A stretch of 64,000 nucleotides of DNA from the human T2T-CHM13v2.0 reference genome, Homo sapiens. The position numbers and the translations under genes are program-made. This document shows positions 13,101 to 27,400 of this stretch, piece after piece. Position 1 is the stretch's first letter, and each line of letters starts with the position of its first letter. Where the stretch lies: the NCBI RefSeq assembly GCF_009914755.1, contig NC_060928.1, one strand, 5' to 3'. Below the pieces are notes generated by a model. That model did not search any database, had not been told where the DNA came from, and saw nothing but the letters and a program-made list of their open reading frames with translations.

Positions 13101-16100
13101 ATACATAGCTTGTGTACTTTGATATTTTATGTACATTATATAATACATACTATTGGTACTTTGATATTTTATGTACAGTATACAATATATTGTTTGAGTA
13201 TTTTGATATTTTATGTCCAGTATAAAATATATAGATTTCGTACTTTGATATTTTATGTACAGAATATAGTTTGAATACTTTGATATTTTATGTACACTTT
13301 ATTATAAAAGTTTGGGTACTTTCATATTTTACGTACAGTATGTAATACATACTTTGGGCACTTTGATGTTTTATGCACAGTATATAATACATACTTTGGG
13401 TACTTTTATATTTTATGTACACTATATAATACATAGTTTGGGTACTTTGATATTTAATATACAGTATAAAATGCACACTTTGCGTACTTTGATATTTTAT
13501 GTAAAGTATGTAATACATACTTTGGGTAGTTTGATATTTTATGTACAGTATGTAATACACACTTTGGGTACTTTGATATTTTATGTACAGTATGTAAAAC
13601 ATACTTTGGGTAGTTTGATATTTTATGATCGGTATATAATACACATTTTGGGTACTTTGATATTTTATGTACAGTGTATAATACATACGTTGGGTACTTT
13701 GATATTTTATGTACAGGATATAATGCATACTTTGGGTACTTTGATAGTTTATGTACAGTATATAATACTTACTTTGAGTACTTTGATATTTTATATATAG
13801 TATAAAATATATAGTTTGGGTAGTTTGATATTTTAACTATAGTATATGATACATACTTTGGGTACTTAGATATTTTATCTACAGTGTATAATAAATACTA
13901 TGGGTACTTTGATATATTATGTACAATAGATAATACATACTTTGGGTACTTTGATATTTTATGTACAGTATATAATACATACTTTGGGTACTTTGATATT
14001 TTATGTACAGTATATAATACATACATTGGGTGCTTTCATATTTCATGTACACTTTATAATATATAGTTTGGGTACTTTGGTATATTATGTACTGTATATA
14101 ATACATACTTTGAGTATTTTGATATTTTATGTACAGTATATAATACATACTTTGGGTACTTTGATATTTTATGTACAGTATACAATATATACTTTGCATA
14201 TTTTGATATTTTATGTCCAGTATAGAATATATAGTTTTGGTAGTTTGATATTTTATGTAGAGTATATAGTTTGAGTACTTTCACATTTTATGTACAGTTT
14301 ATTATAAATGTTTAGGTGTTTTCATATTTTATGTACTGTATATAATACATACTTTGGGCACATTGATATTTTATGTACAGTATATAATACATACTTTGGG
14401 TACTCTGATATTTTATGTACAGTATATAATACATAATTTGGGTAGTTTGATATTTTATGTACAGTATATAATACATACTTTGAGTGCTTTGATATATTAT
14501 GTACAGTATATAATACATACTTTGTGTACTTTGATATTTTATGTACAGTATACAATATATACTTTGACTACTTTGATATTTTATGTCCAGTATAGAATAC
14601 ATAGTTTTGGTAGTTTGATATTTTATGTACAGTATATAGTTTGAGTACATTGATATTTTATGTACACTTTATTATAAATGTTTGGATACTTTCATATTTT
14701 ATGTACAGTATATAATACATACTTTGGGCACTTTGATATTTTATGTACAGTATACAATACATACTTTGGGTACTTTGATATTTTATGTACAGTATATAAT
14801 ACATAATTTGGGTACTTTGATATTTTATGTACAGTATATAATGCATACTTTGGGTACTTTGATGTTTTATGTACAGTATATAATACATACTTAGGGTACT
14901 TTGACATTTTATGTGCAGTATATAATACATACTTTGGGAATTTGATATTTTATGTACAGTATGTAGAACATACTTTGGGTACTTTGATATTTTATGTACA
15001 GGATATAATGCATACTTTGGGTACTTTGATAGTTTATGTACAGTATATAATACATACTTTGGGTACTTTGATATTTTATGTATAGTATAAAATATATAGT
15101 TTGGGTAGTTTGATATTTTATGTACAGTATGTAAAACATACTTTGGGGAGTTTGATATTTTATGTACAGTATATAAAACATACTTTGGGGAGTTTGATAT
15201 TTTATGAACAGTATATAATACACGTTTTGTGTATTTTGATATTTTATGTACAGTATATAATACATACTTTGGGTACTTTGATATTTTATGTACAGTATAT
15301 ATTACATACTTTGGGTACTTTGATATTTTATGTACAGTATACAATATATAGTTTGAGTACTTTGATATTTTATGTACAGTATATAATACATACTTTGGGT
15401 ACTCTGATATTTTATGTACAGTGTATAATACATACTTTGGGTACTTTGATATTTTATGTACAGTATATAATACATACATTGGGTACTTTGATATATTATG
15501 TACAGTATATAATACTTACTTGGGGTACTTTGATATTTTATGTACAGTATATAATACATAGTTTGTGTACTTTGATATTTAATGTACAGTATATAATACA
15601 TACTTTGGGTACTTTGATATTTTATGTACAGTATATAATACATACTTTGGGTATCTTGACATTTTATGTACAGTATATAATGCATACTTTGTGTACTTTG
15701 ATATTTTATGTACAGTATATAATGCATACTTTGGGTACTTTGATATTTTATGTACAGTATGTAATACATACTTTGGGTACTTTGATATTTTATGTATAGT
15801 ATATAATACATACTTTGTGTAGTTTGATATTTTATGTACAGTATACAATATATAGTTTGAGTACTTTGTTATTTTATGTCCAGTATAAAATATATAGTTT
15901 TCGTAATTGATATTTTATGTACAGAATATAGTTTGAGTACTTTGATATTTTATGTACACTTTATTATAAATGTTTGGGTACTTTCATATTTTATGTACAG
16001 TATATAATACATACATTGGTCTCTTTGATGTTTTATGTACAGTATATAATACATACTTTGGGTTCTTTGATATTTTATGTACAGAATATAATGCATAGTA

Positions 16101-18490
16101 TTAGGTACTTTTATATTTTATGTACAGTATATAATACATACTTTGGGTACTTTGATATTTTATGTACAGTATATAATACATAATTTGGGAACTTTGATAT
16201 TTTATGTATGGTATGTAATACATAATTTGGGTACTTTGATATTTTATGTACAGTATATAATACATACTATTGGTACTTTGATATTTTATGTACAGTATAC
16301 AATATATAGTTTGAGTACTTTGATATTTTATGTCCAGTATAAAATATATAGATTTCATACTTTGATATTTTATTTACTGAATGTAGTTTGAGTACTTTGA
16401 TATTTTATGTACACTTTATTATAAAAGTTTGGGTACTTTCATATTTTACGTACAGTATATAATACATACTTTGGGCACTTTGATGTTTTATGTACAGTAT
16501 ATAATACATACTTTGGGTTCTTTGATATTTTATGTACAGCATATAATACATAATTTGGGGACTTTTATATTTTATATACTTTATATTATACATACTTTGG
16601 GTACTTTTATATTTTATGTACGGTATATAATACATACTTTGGGTACTTTGATATATTATGTACAGTATATAATACATACTTTGGGTACTTTGATATATTA
16701 TGTACAGTATATAATACATACAAAGGGTACTTTGACATTTTATGTACAGTACATAATACATACTTTGGGTACTTTGATATTTTATGTACAGTATATAATG
16801 CATACTTTGGATACTTTGATATTTTATGTACAGTATATAATACATACTTTGGGTACTTTGATATTTTATGTACAGTATGTAATACATAATTTGGGTAATT
16901 GAATATTTTATGTGTAGTATATAATACATACTTTGGGTACTTTGATATTTTATGGACAGTGTATAATACATACTTTGGGTACTCTGATATTTTATGTACA
17001 GTGTATAATATATAGTTTGGGTACTTTGATATTTTATATACAGTATATAATACATACTTTGGGTACTTTGATATTTTATGTACAGTATATAATACATACC
17101 TTGGGTACTTTGATATTTTATGTATAGTATATAATACATAATTTGGGTACTTTGATATTTTATGCACAGTATACAATATATAGTTTGAGTACTTTGATAT
17201 TTTATGTACTGTATAAAGTATATAGTTTTGGTACTTTGATATTTTATGTACAGTATATAGTTTGAGTACTTTGATATTTTATGTACAGTTTGTTAAAAAT
17301 GTTTGGGTGATTTCATATTTTATGTACAGTATATAATACATACTTTGGGCACTTTGATATCTTATGTACAGTATATAATACATACTTTGGGTACTTTTAT
17401 ATTTTATGTACAGTATATAATATATAGTTTGAGTACTTTGATATTTTATGTACTGTATAAAATATATAGTTTTCGTAATTTGATATTTTATGTACAGTAT
17501 ATAGTTTGAGTACTTTGATATTTTATGTACAGTTTTTTATAAATGTTTGGGTGCTTTCATATTTTATGTACAGTATATAATACATACAAAGGGCAGTTTG
17601 ATATTTTATGTCCAGTATATAATACATACTTTGGGTACTTTGATATTTTATGTACAGTATATAGTTTGAGTACTTTGATATTTAATGTTCAGTTTATTAT
17701 AAATGTTTGGGTGCTTTCATATTTTATATACAGTATATAATACATACTTTGGGCACTTTGATATTTTCTGTACAGTATATAATACATACTTTGGGTACTT
17801 TGATATTTTATGTACGGTATATAATACATACATTGGGTACTTTGATATTTTATGTAAAGTATATAATATATAGTTTGGTTACTTTGATATTTTATATACA
17901 GTATAAAATATATATTATGTGTACTTTGATATATTATGTACAGTATATAATATATAGTATGGGTTGTTTGATATTTTATGTACAGTATATAATATATAGT
18001 TTGGGTAGTTTGATATTTTTAGTACAATATGTAATATATAGTTTGTTTTATTTGATATTTTATGTACAGTATACAATATATAGTATTGGTACTTTGATAT
18101 TTCATGTAAAGTATATAGTTTGAGTACTTTGATATTTTATATGCAGTTTATTATAAATGTTTGGGTACCTTCATATTTTATGTACAGTATATAATACATA
18201 CTTTGGGAACTTTTATTTTATGTGCAGTATATAATACATACTTTGGGTACTTTGATATTTCATGTACAGTATATAATACACACTTTGGGTACTTTGATAT
18301 TTTATGTACAGTATATAATACACACTTTGGGTACTTTGATATTTTATGTACAGTATATAATACATACTTTGGGTACTTTGATGTATTATGTACAGTATAT
18401 AATACATACTTTGGGTACTTTGATATTTTATGTACAGTATATAATACATACTTTGGGTACTTTGATATTTTATGTACAGTATGTAATACA
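7149..18490 (+). repeat. ~11-kb block, copy 1 (copy 2 at ~51210-62079)
   Basis: Both copies start at the variant GCAGTAACCTATGTATAG (7161/51222). Collinear offsets run 44061, 44019, 43977, 44054, 43550, 43546, 43547, 43589, each step explained by whole-monomer or small indels. Confidence 0.9.
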
Positions 18491-21400
18491 CACTTTGGGT
18501 ACTTTGATATTTTATGTACAGTATGTAAAACATACTTTGGGTAGTTTGATATATTATGTACAGTATATAATACATACTTTGGGTACTCTGATATTTTATG
18601 TACAGTGTATAATACATACTTTGGGTACTTTGATATTTTATGTACAGTATATAATACATACATTGGGTACTTTGATATATTATGTACAGTATATAATACT
18701 TACTTGGGGTATCTTGATATTTTATGTACAGTATATAATGCATACTTTGGGTACTTTGATATTTTATGTACAGTATATAATGCATACTTTGAGTACTTTG
18801 ATATTTTATGTACAGTATGTAATACATACTTTGGGTACTTTGATATTTTATGTATAGTATATAATACATACTTTGTGTAGTTTGATATTTTATGTACAGT
18901 ATACAATATATAGTTTGAGTACTTTGATATTTTATGTCCAGTATAAAATATATAGTTTTCCTAATTGATATTTTATGTACAGAATATAGTTTGAGTACTT
19001 TGATATTTTATGTACACTTTATTATAAATGTTTGGGTACTTTCATATTTTATGTACAGTATATAATACATACTTTGGTCTCTTTGATGTTTTATGTACAG
19101 TATATAATACATACTTTGGGTTCTTTGATATTTTATGTGCAGAATATAATGCATAGTTTTAGGTACTTTTATATTTTATGTACAGTATATAATACATACT
19201 TTGGGTACTTTGATATTTTATGTACAGTATATAATACATACTTTGGGTACTTTGATATTTTATGTACAGTATATAATACATATTATTGGTACTTTGATAT
19301 TTTATGTCCAGTATAGAATATATAGTTTTGGTAGTTTGATATTTTATGTACAGTATATAGTTTGAGTACATTGATATTTTATGTACACTTTATTATAAAT
19401 GTTTGGATACTTTCATATTTTATGTACAGTATATAATACATACTTTGGGCACTTTGATATTTTATGTACAGTATACAATACATACTTTGGGTACTTTTTT
19501 TATTTTATGTACAGTATATAATACATAATTTGGGTACTTTGATATTTTATTTACAGTATATAATGCATACTTTGGGTACTTTGATGTTTTATGTACAGTA
19601 TATAATACATACTTAGGGTACTTTGACATTTTATGTGCAGTACATAATACATACTTTGGATGCTTTGTTATTTTAAATACAGTATGTAATACATATTTTG
19701 GGTACTTTGATATTTTATGTACAGTATATAATACATACTTTGGTACTTTTATATTTCATGTACAGTATATAATATATAGTTTGGGTACTTTGATATTTTA
19801 TGTACAGTATATAATACATAGTTTGGGTATTTTGATATTTTATGTACAGTATATAATACATACTTTGGGTACTTTGATATTTTATGTACAGTATATAATA
19901 TATAGTTTGGGTACTTTGATAATTTATGTGCAGTATATAACACATACTTTCGGTAGTTGGATATTTTATGTACAGTATATAATACATACTTTGGGTACTT
20001 CGATATTTGATGTACAGTATACTATATATAGTTTGGGTACTTTGATATTTTATGTCGGGTACAAAATAAATAGTTTTGGTACTTAGATATTTTATGTACA
20101 GTATATAGTTTGAGTACTTTGATATTTTATGTACAGTTTATTATTAATGGGTGCTTTCATATTTTATGTACAGTATATAATACATACTATGGGCACTTTG
20201 ATATTTTATGTAGAGTATATAATACATAATTTGGGTACTTTGATATTTTATATACACTACATAATACATACTTTGGGTACTTTGATATTTTATGTACAGT
20301 ACTTAATATATAGTTTGGGTACTTTGATATTGTATATGCAGTATATAACACATACTTTCGGTACTTGGATATTTTATGTACAGTATATAATACATAATTT
20401 GGGTACTTCCATATTTTATGTACAGTATGCTATATATACTTTGGGTACTTTGATATTTTATGTCCAGTAAAAAATAAAAAGTTTTGGTAATTCGATATTT
20501 TATGTACAGTGTATCGTTTGAGTACTTTGATATTTAATGTACAGTTTATTATAAATGTTCGGGTGCTTTCATATTTTATGTACAGTATATAATACATACT
20601 TTGAGCACTTTGATATTTTATGTACAGTATATAATACATACTTTGGGTAATTTGATATTTTATGTACAGTATATAATACATACATTGGGTACTTTGATAT
20701 TTTATGTACAGTATATAATATATAGTTAGGGTACTTTGATATTTTATATACAGTATATAATATATATTATGTGTACTTTGATATATTATGTACAGTATAT
20801 AATATATAGTTTGGGTAATTTGATATTTTATGTACAGTATACAATATATAGTATTGGTACTTTGATATTTCATGTAAAGTATATAGTTTGAGTACTTTGA
20901 TATTTTATATACAGTTTATTATAAATGTTTGGGTACCTTCCTATTTTATGTAGAGTATATAATACATACTTTGGGAACTTTTATTTTATGTGCAGTATAG
21001 AATACATACTTTGGGTACTTTGATATTTTATGTACAGTATATAATACATACTATTGGTACTTTGATATTTTATGTACAGTATACAATATATAGTTTGAGT
21101 ACTTTGATATTTTATGTCCAGTATAAAATATATAGATTTCATACTTTGATATTTTATGTACTGAATGTAGTTTGAGTACTTTGATATTTTATGTACACTT
21201 TATTATAAAAGTTTGGGTACTTTCATATTTTACGTACAGTATATAATACATACTTTGGGCACTTTGATGTTTTATGTACAGTATATAATACATACTTTGG
21301 GTTCTTTGATATTTTATGTACAGCATATAATACATAATTTGGGGACTTTTATATTTTATGTACATTATATTATACATACTTTGGGTACTTTTATATTTTA

Positions 21401-24400
21401 TGTACGGTATATAATACACACTTTGGGTACTTTGATATATTATGTACAGTATATAATACATACTTTGGGTACTTTGATATATTATGTACAGTATATAATA
21501 CATACTAAGGGTACTTTGACATTTTATGTACAGTACATAATACATACTTTGGGTACTTTGATATTTTATGTACAGTATATAATGCATACTTTGGATACTT
21601 TGATATTTTATGTACAGTATATAATACATACTTTGGGTACTTTTATATTTTATGTACAGTATATAATATATAGTTTGGGTACTTTGATATTTTATGTACG
21701 GTATATAATACATACTTTGGGTACTTTGATATTTTATGTACAGTATATAATACATACTTTGTGTACTCTGATATTTTATGTACAGTATACAATATATAGT
21801 TTGAATACTTTCATATTTTATGTACTGTATAAAATATATAGTGTTCGTACTTTGATATTTTATGTACAATATATAGTTTGAGTACTTTGATATTTTATGT
21901 ACAGTTTTTTATAAATGTTTGGGTGCTTTCAAATTTTATGTACAGTATATAATACATACAAAGGGCACTTTGATATTTTATGTAGAGTATATAATACATA
22001 CTTTGGGTACTCTGATATTTTATATACAGTGTATAATACATACTTTGGGTACTTTGATATTTTATGTACAATATATAATACATACGTTGGCAACTTTGAT
22101 ATATTATGTACAGTATATAATACATACTTTGGGTACTTTGATATTTTATCTACAGTATACAACACATAGTTTGTGTACTTTGATATTTTAGGTACAGTAT
22201 ATAATACATACTTTGGGTACTTTGATATTTTATGTACAGTATATAATACATACATTGGGTACTTTCATATTTTATGTACAGTATATAATATATAGTTTGG
22301 TTACTTTGATATTTTATCTACAGCTTATAATACATACTTTGGATACTTTGATACTTTATGTACAGTATATAATACATAATTTGGGTACTTTGTTATTTTA
22401 TGTACAGTATACAATATATAGTTTGAGTACTTTGATATTTTATGTGCAGTATAAAATATATAGTTTTGGTACTTTCATATTTTATGTACAGTATATAGTT
22501 TGAGTACTTTGATATTTTATGTACAGTTTTTTATAAATGTTTGGGTGCTTTCATATTTTATGTACAGTATATAATACATACTAAGGGCACTTTGATATTT
22601 TATGTACAGTATATAATACATACCTTGGGTACTTTGATATTTTATGTACAGTATATAATACATAGTTTGGGTATTTTGATATTTTATGTACAGTATATAA
22701 TACATACTTTGGGTACTTTGATATTTTATGTACAGTATATAATACATACTTTGGGAACTTTGATATTTTATGTACAGTATGTAGAACATACTTTGGGTAC
22801 TTTGATATTTTATGTACAGGATATAATGCATACTTTGGGTACTTTGATAGTTTATGTACAGTATATAATACATACTTTGGGTACTTTGATATTTTATGTA
22901 TAGTATAAAATATATAGTTTGCGTACTTTGATATTTTATGTACAGTATGTAAAACATACTTTGGGGAGTTTGATATTTTATGTACAGTATGTAAAACATA
23001 CTTTGGGGAGTTTGATATTTTATGAACAGTATATAATACACATTTTGTGTACTTTGATATTTTATGTAAAGTATATAATACATACTTTGGGTACTTTGAT
23101 ATTTTATGTACAGTATATATTACATACTTTGGGTACTTTGATATTTTATGTACAGTATACAATATATAGTTTGAGTACTTTGATATTTTATGTACTGTAT
23201 AAAATATATAGTTTTGGTACTTTGATATTTTATGTACAGTATATAGTTTGAGTACTTTGATATTTTATGTACAGTTTGTTATAAATATTTTGGTGCTTTC
23301 ATATTTTATGTACTGTATATAATACATGCTTTGGGCACTTTGATATTTTATGTACAGTATATAATACATACTTTGGGTACTCTGATATTTTATGTACAGT
23401 GTATAATACATACTTTGGGTACTTTGATATTTTATGTACAGTATATAATACATACATTGGGTACTTTTATATATTATGTACAGTATATAATACTTACTTG
23501 GGGTACTTTGATATTTTATGTACAGTATATAATACATAGTTTGTGTACTTTGATATTTTATGTACAGTATGTAGTACACACTTTGGGTACTTTGATATTT
23601 TATGTACAGTATATAATACATACTTTGGGTACTTTTATATTTTATGTACGGTATATAATACATACTTTGGGTACTTTTATATTTTATGTACGGTATATAA
23701 TACATACTTTGGGTACTTTGATATATTATGTACAGTATATAATACATACTTTGGGTACTTTGATATATTATGTACAGTATATAATACATACGTAGGGTAC
23801 TTTGACATTTTATGTACAGTACATAATACATACTTTGGGTACTTTGATATTTTATGTACAGTATATAATACATACTTTGGGTACTTTGATATTTTATGTA
23901 CAGTATATAATACATGTTTTGGGTACTTTTACATTTTATGTACAGTATATAATATATAGTTTGGGTACTTTGATATTTTATGTACGGTATATAATACATA
24001 CTTTGGGTACTTTGATATTTTATGTACAGTATATAATACATACTTTGGGTACTTTGATATTTTATGTACAGTATATAATACATACTTTGGGTACTTTGAT
24101 ATTTAATGTACAGTATATAATACACACTTTGCGTACTTTGATATTTTATGTAAAGTATGTAATACATACTTTGGGTACTTTGATATTTTATGTACAGTAT
24201 GTAATACACGCTTTGGGTACTTTGATATTTTATGTACAGTATGTAAAACATACTTTGGGTAGTTTGATATATTATGTACAGTATATAATACATACTTTGG
24301 GTACTCTGATATTTTATGTACAGTGTATAATACATACTTTGGGTACTTTGATATTTTATGTACAGTATATAATACATACCTTGGGTACTTTGATATTTTA

Positions 24401-27400
24401 TGTATAGTATATAATACATAATTTGGGTACTTTGATATTTTATGCACAGTATACAATATATAGTTTGAGTACTTTGATATTTTATGTACTGTATAAAGTA
24501 TATAGTTTTGGTACTTTGATATTTTATGTACAGTATATAGTTTGAGTACTTTGATATTTTATGTACAGTTTGTTAAAAATGTTTGGGTGATTTCATATTT
24601 TATGTACAGTATATAATACATACTTTGGGCACTTTGATATCTTATGTACAGTATATAATACATACTTTGGGTACTTTTATATTTTATGTACAGTATATAA
24701 TATATAGTTTGAGTACTTTGATATTTTATGTACTGTATAAAATATATAGTTTTCGTAATTTGATATTTTATGTACAGTATATAGTTTGAGTACTTTGATA
24801 TTTTATGTACAGTTTTTTATAAATGTTTGGGTGCTTTCATATTTTATGTACAGTATATAATACATACAAAGGGCAGTTTGATATTTTATGTCCAGTATAT
24901 AATACATACTTTGGGTACTTTGATATTTTATGTACAGTATATAGTTTGAGTACTTTGATATTTAATGTTCAGTTTATTATAAATGTTTGGGTGCTTTCAT
25001 ATTTTATATACAGTATATAATACATACTTTGGGCACTTTGATATTTTCTGTACAGTATATAATACATACTTTGGGTACTTTGATATTTTATGTACGGTAT
25101 ATAATACATACATTGGGTACTTTGATATTTTATGTAAAGTATATAATATATAGTTTGGTTACTTTGATATTTTATATACAGTATAAAATATATATTATGT
25201 GTACTTTGATATATTATGTACAGTATATAATATATAGTATGGGTTGTTTGATATTTTATGTACAGTATATAATATATAGTTTGGGTAGTTTGATATTTTT
25301 AGTACAATATGTAATATATAGTTTGTTTTATTTGATATTTTATGTACAGTATACAATATATAGTATTGGTACTTTGATATTTCATGTAAAGTATATAGTT
25401 TGAGTACTTTGATATTTTATATGCAGTTTATTATAAATGTTTGGGTACCTTCATATTTTATGTACAGTATATAATACATACTTTGGGAACTTTTATTTTA
25501 TGTGCAGTATATAATACATACTTTGGGTACTTTGATATTTCATGTACAGTATATAATACACACTTTGGGTACTTTGATATTTTATGTACAGTATATAATA
25601 CACACTTTGGGTACTTTGATATTTTATGTACAGTATATAATACATACTTTGGGTACTTTGATGTATTATGTACAGTATATAATACATACTTTGGGTACTT
25701 TGATATTTTATGTACAGTATATAATACATACTTTGGGTACTTTGATATTTTATGTACAGTATGTAATACACACTTTGGGTACTTTGATATTTTATGTACA
25801 GTATGTAAAACATACTTTGGGTAGTTTGATATATTATGTACAGTATATAATACATACTTTGGGTACTCTGATATTTTATGTACAGTGTATAATACATACT
25901 TTGGGTACTTTGATATTTTATGTACAGTATATAATACATACATTGGGTACTTTGATATATTATGTACAGTATATAATACTTACTTGGGGTATCTTGATAT
26001 TTTATGTACAGTATATAATGCATACTTTGGGTACTTTGATATTTTATGTACAGTATATAATGCATACTTTGAGTACTTTGATATTTTATGTACAGTATGT
26101 AATACATACTTTGGGTACTTTGATATTTTATGTATAGTATATAATACATACTTTGTGTAGTTTGATATTTTATGTACAGTATACAATATATAGTTTGAGT
26201 ACTTTGATATTTTATGTCCAGTATAAAATATATAGTTTTCCTAATTGATATTTTATGTACAGAATATAGTTTGAGTACTTTGATATTTTATGTACACTTT
26301 ATTATAAATGTTTGGGTACTTTCATATTTTATGTACAGTATATAATACATACTTTGGTCTCTTTGATGTTTTATGTACAGTATATAATACATACTTTGGG
26401 TTCTTTGATATTTTATGTGCAGAATATAATGCATAGTTTTAGGTACTTTTATATTTTATGTACAGTATATAATACATACTTTGGGTACTTTGATATTTTA
26501 TGTACAGTATATAATACATACTTTGGGTACTTTGATATTTTATGTACAGTATATAATACATATTATTGGTACTTTGATATTTTATGTCCAGTATAGAATA
26601 TATAGTTTTGGTAGTTTGATATTTTATGTACAGTATATAGTTTGAGTACATTGATATTTTATGTACACTTTATTATAAATGTTTGGATACTTTCATATTT
26701 TATGTACAGTATATAATACATACTTTGGGCACTTTGATATTTTATGTACAGTATACAATACATACTTTGGGTACTTTTTTTATTTTATGTACAGTATATA
26801 ATACATAATTTGGGTACTTTGATATTTTATTTACAGTATATAATGCATACTTTGGGTACTTTGATGTTTTATGTACAGTATATAATACATACTTAGGGTA
26901 CTTTGACATTTTATGTGCAGTACATAATACATACTTTGGATGCTTTGTTATTTTAAATACAGTATGTAATACATATTTTGGGTACTTTGATATTTTATGT
27001 ACAGTATATAATACATACTTTGGTACTTTTATATTTCATGTACAGTATATAATATATAGTTTGGGTACTTTGATATTTTATGTACAGTATATAATACATA
27101 GTTTGGGTATTTTGATATTTTATGTACAGTATATAATACATACTTTGGGTACTTTGATATTTTATGTACAGTATATAATATATAGTTTGGGTACTTTGAT
27201 AATTTATGTGCAGTATATAACACATACTTTCGGTAGTTGGATATTTTATGTACAGTATATAATACATACTTTGGGTACTTCGATATTTGATGTACAGTAT
27301 ACTATATATAGTTTGGGTACTTTGATATTTTATGTCGGGTACAAAATAAATAGTTTTGGTACTTAGATATTTTATGTACAGTATATAGTTTGAGTACTTT

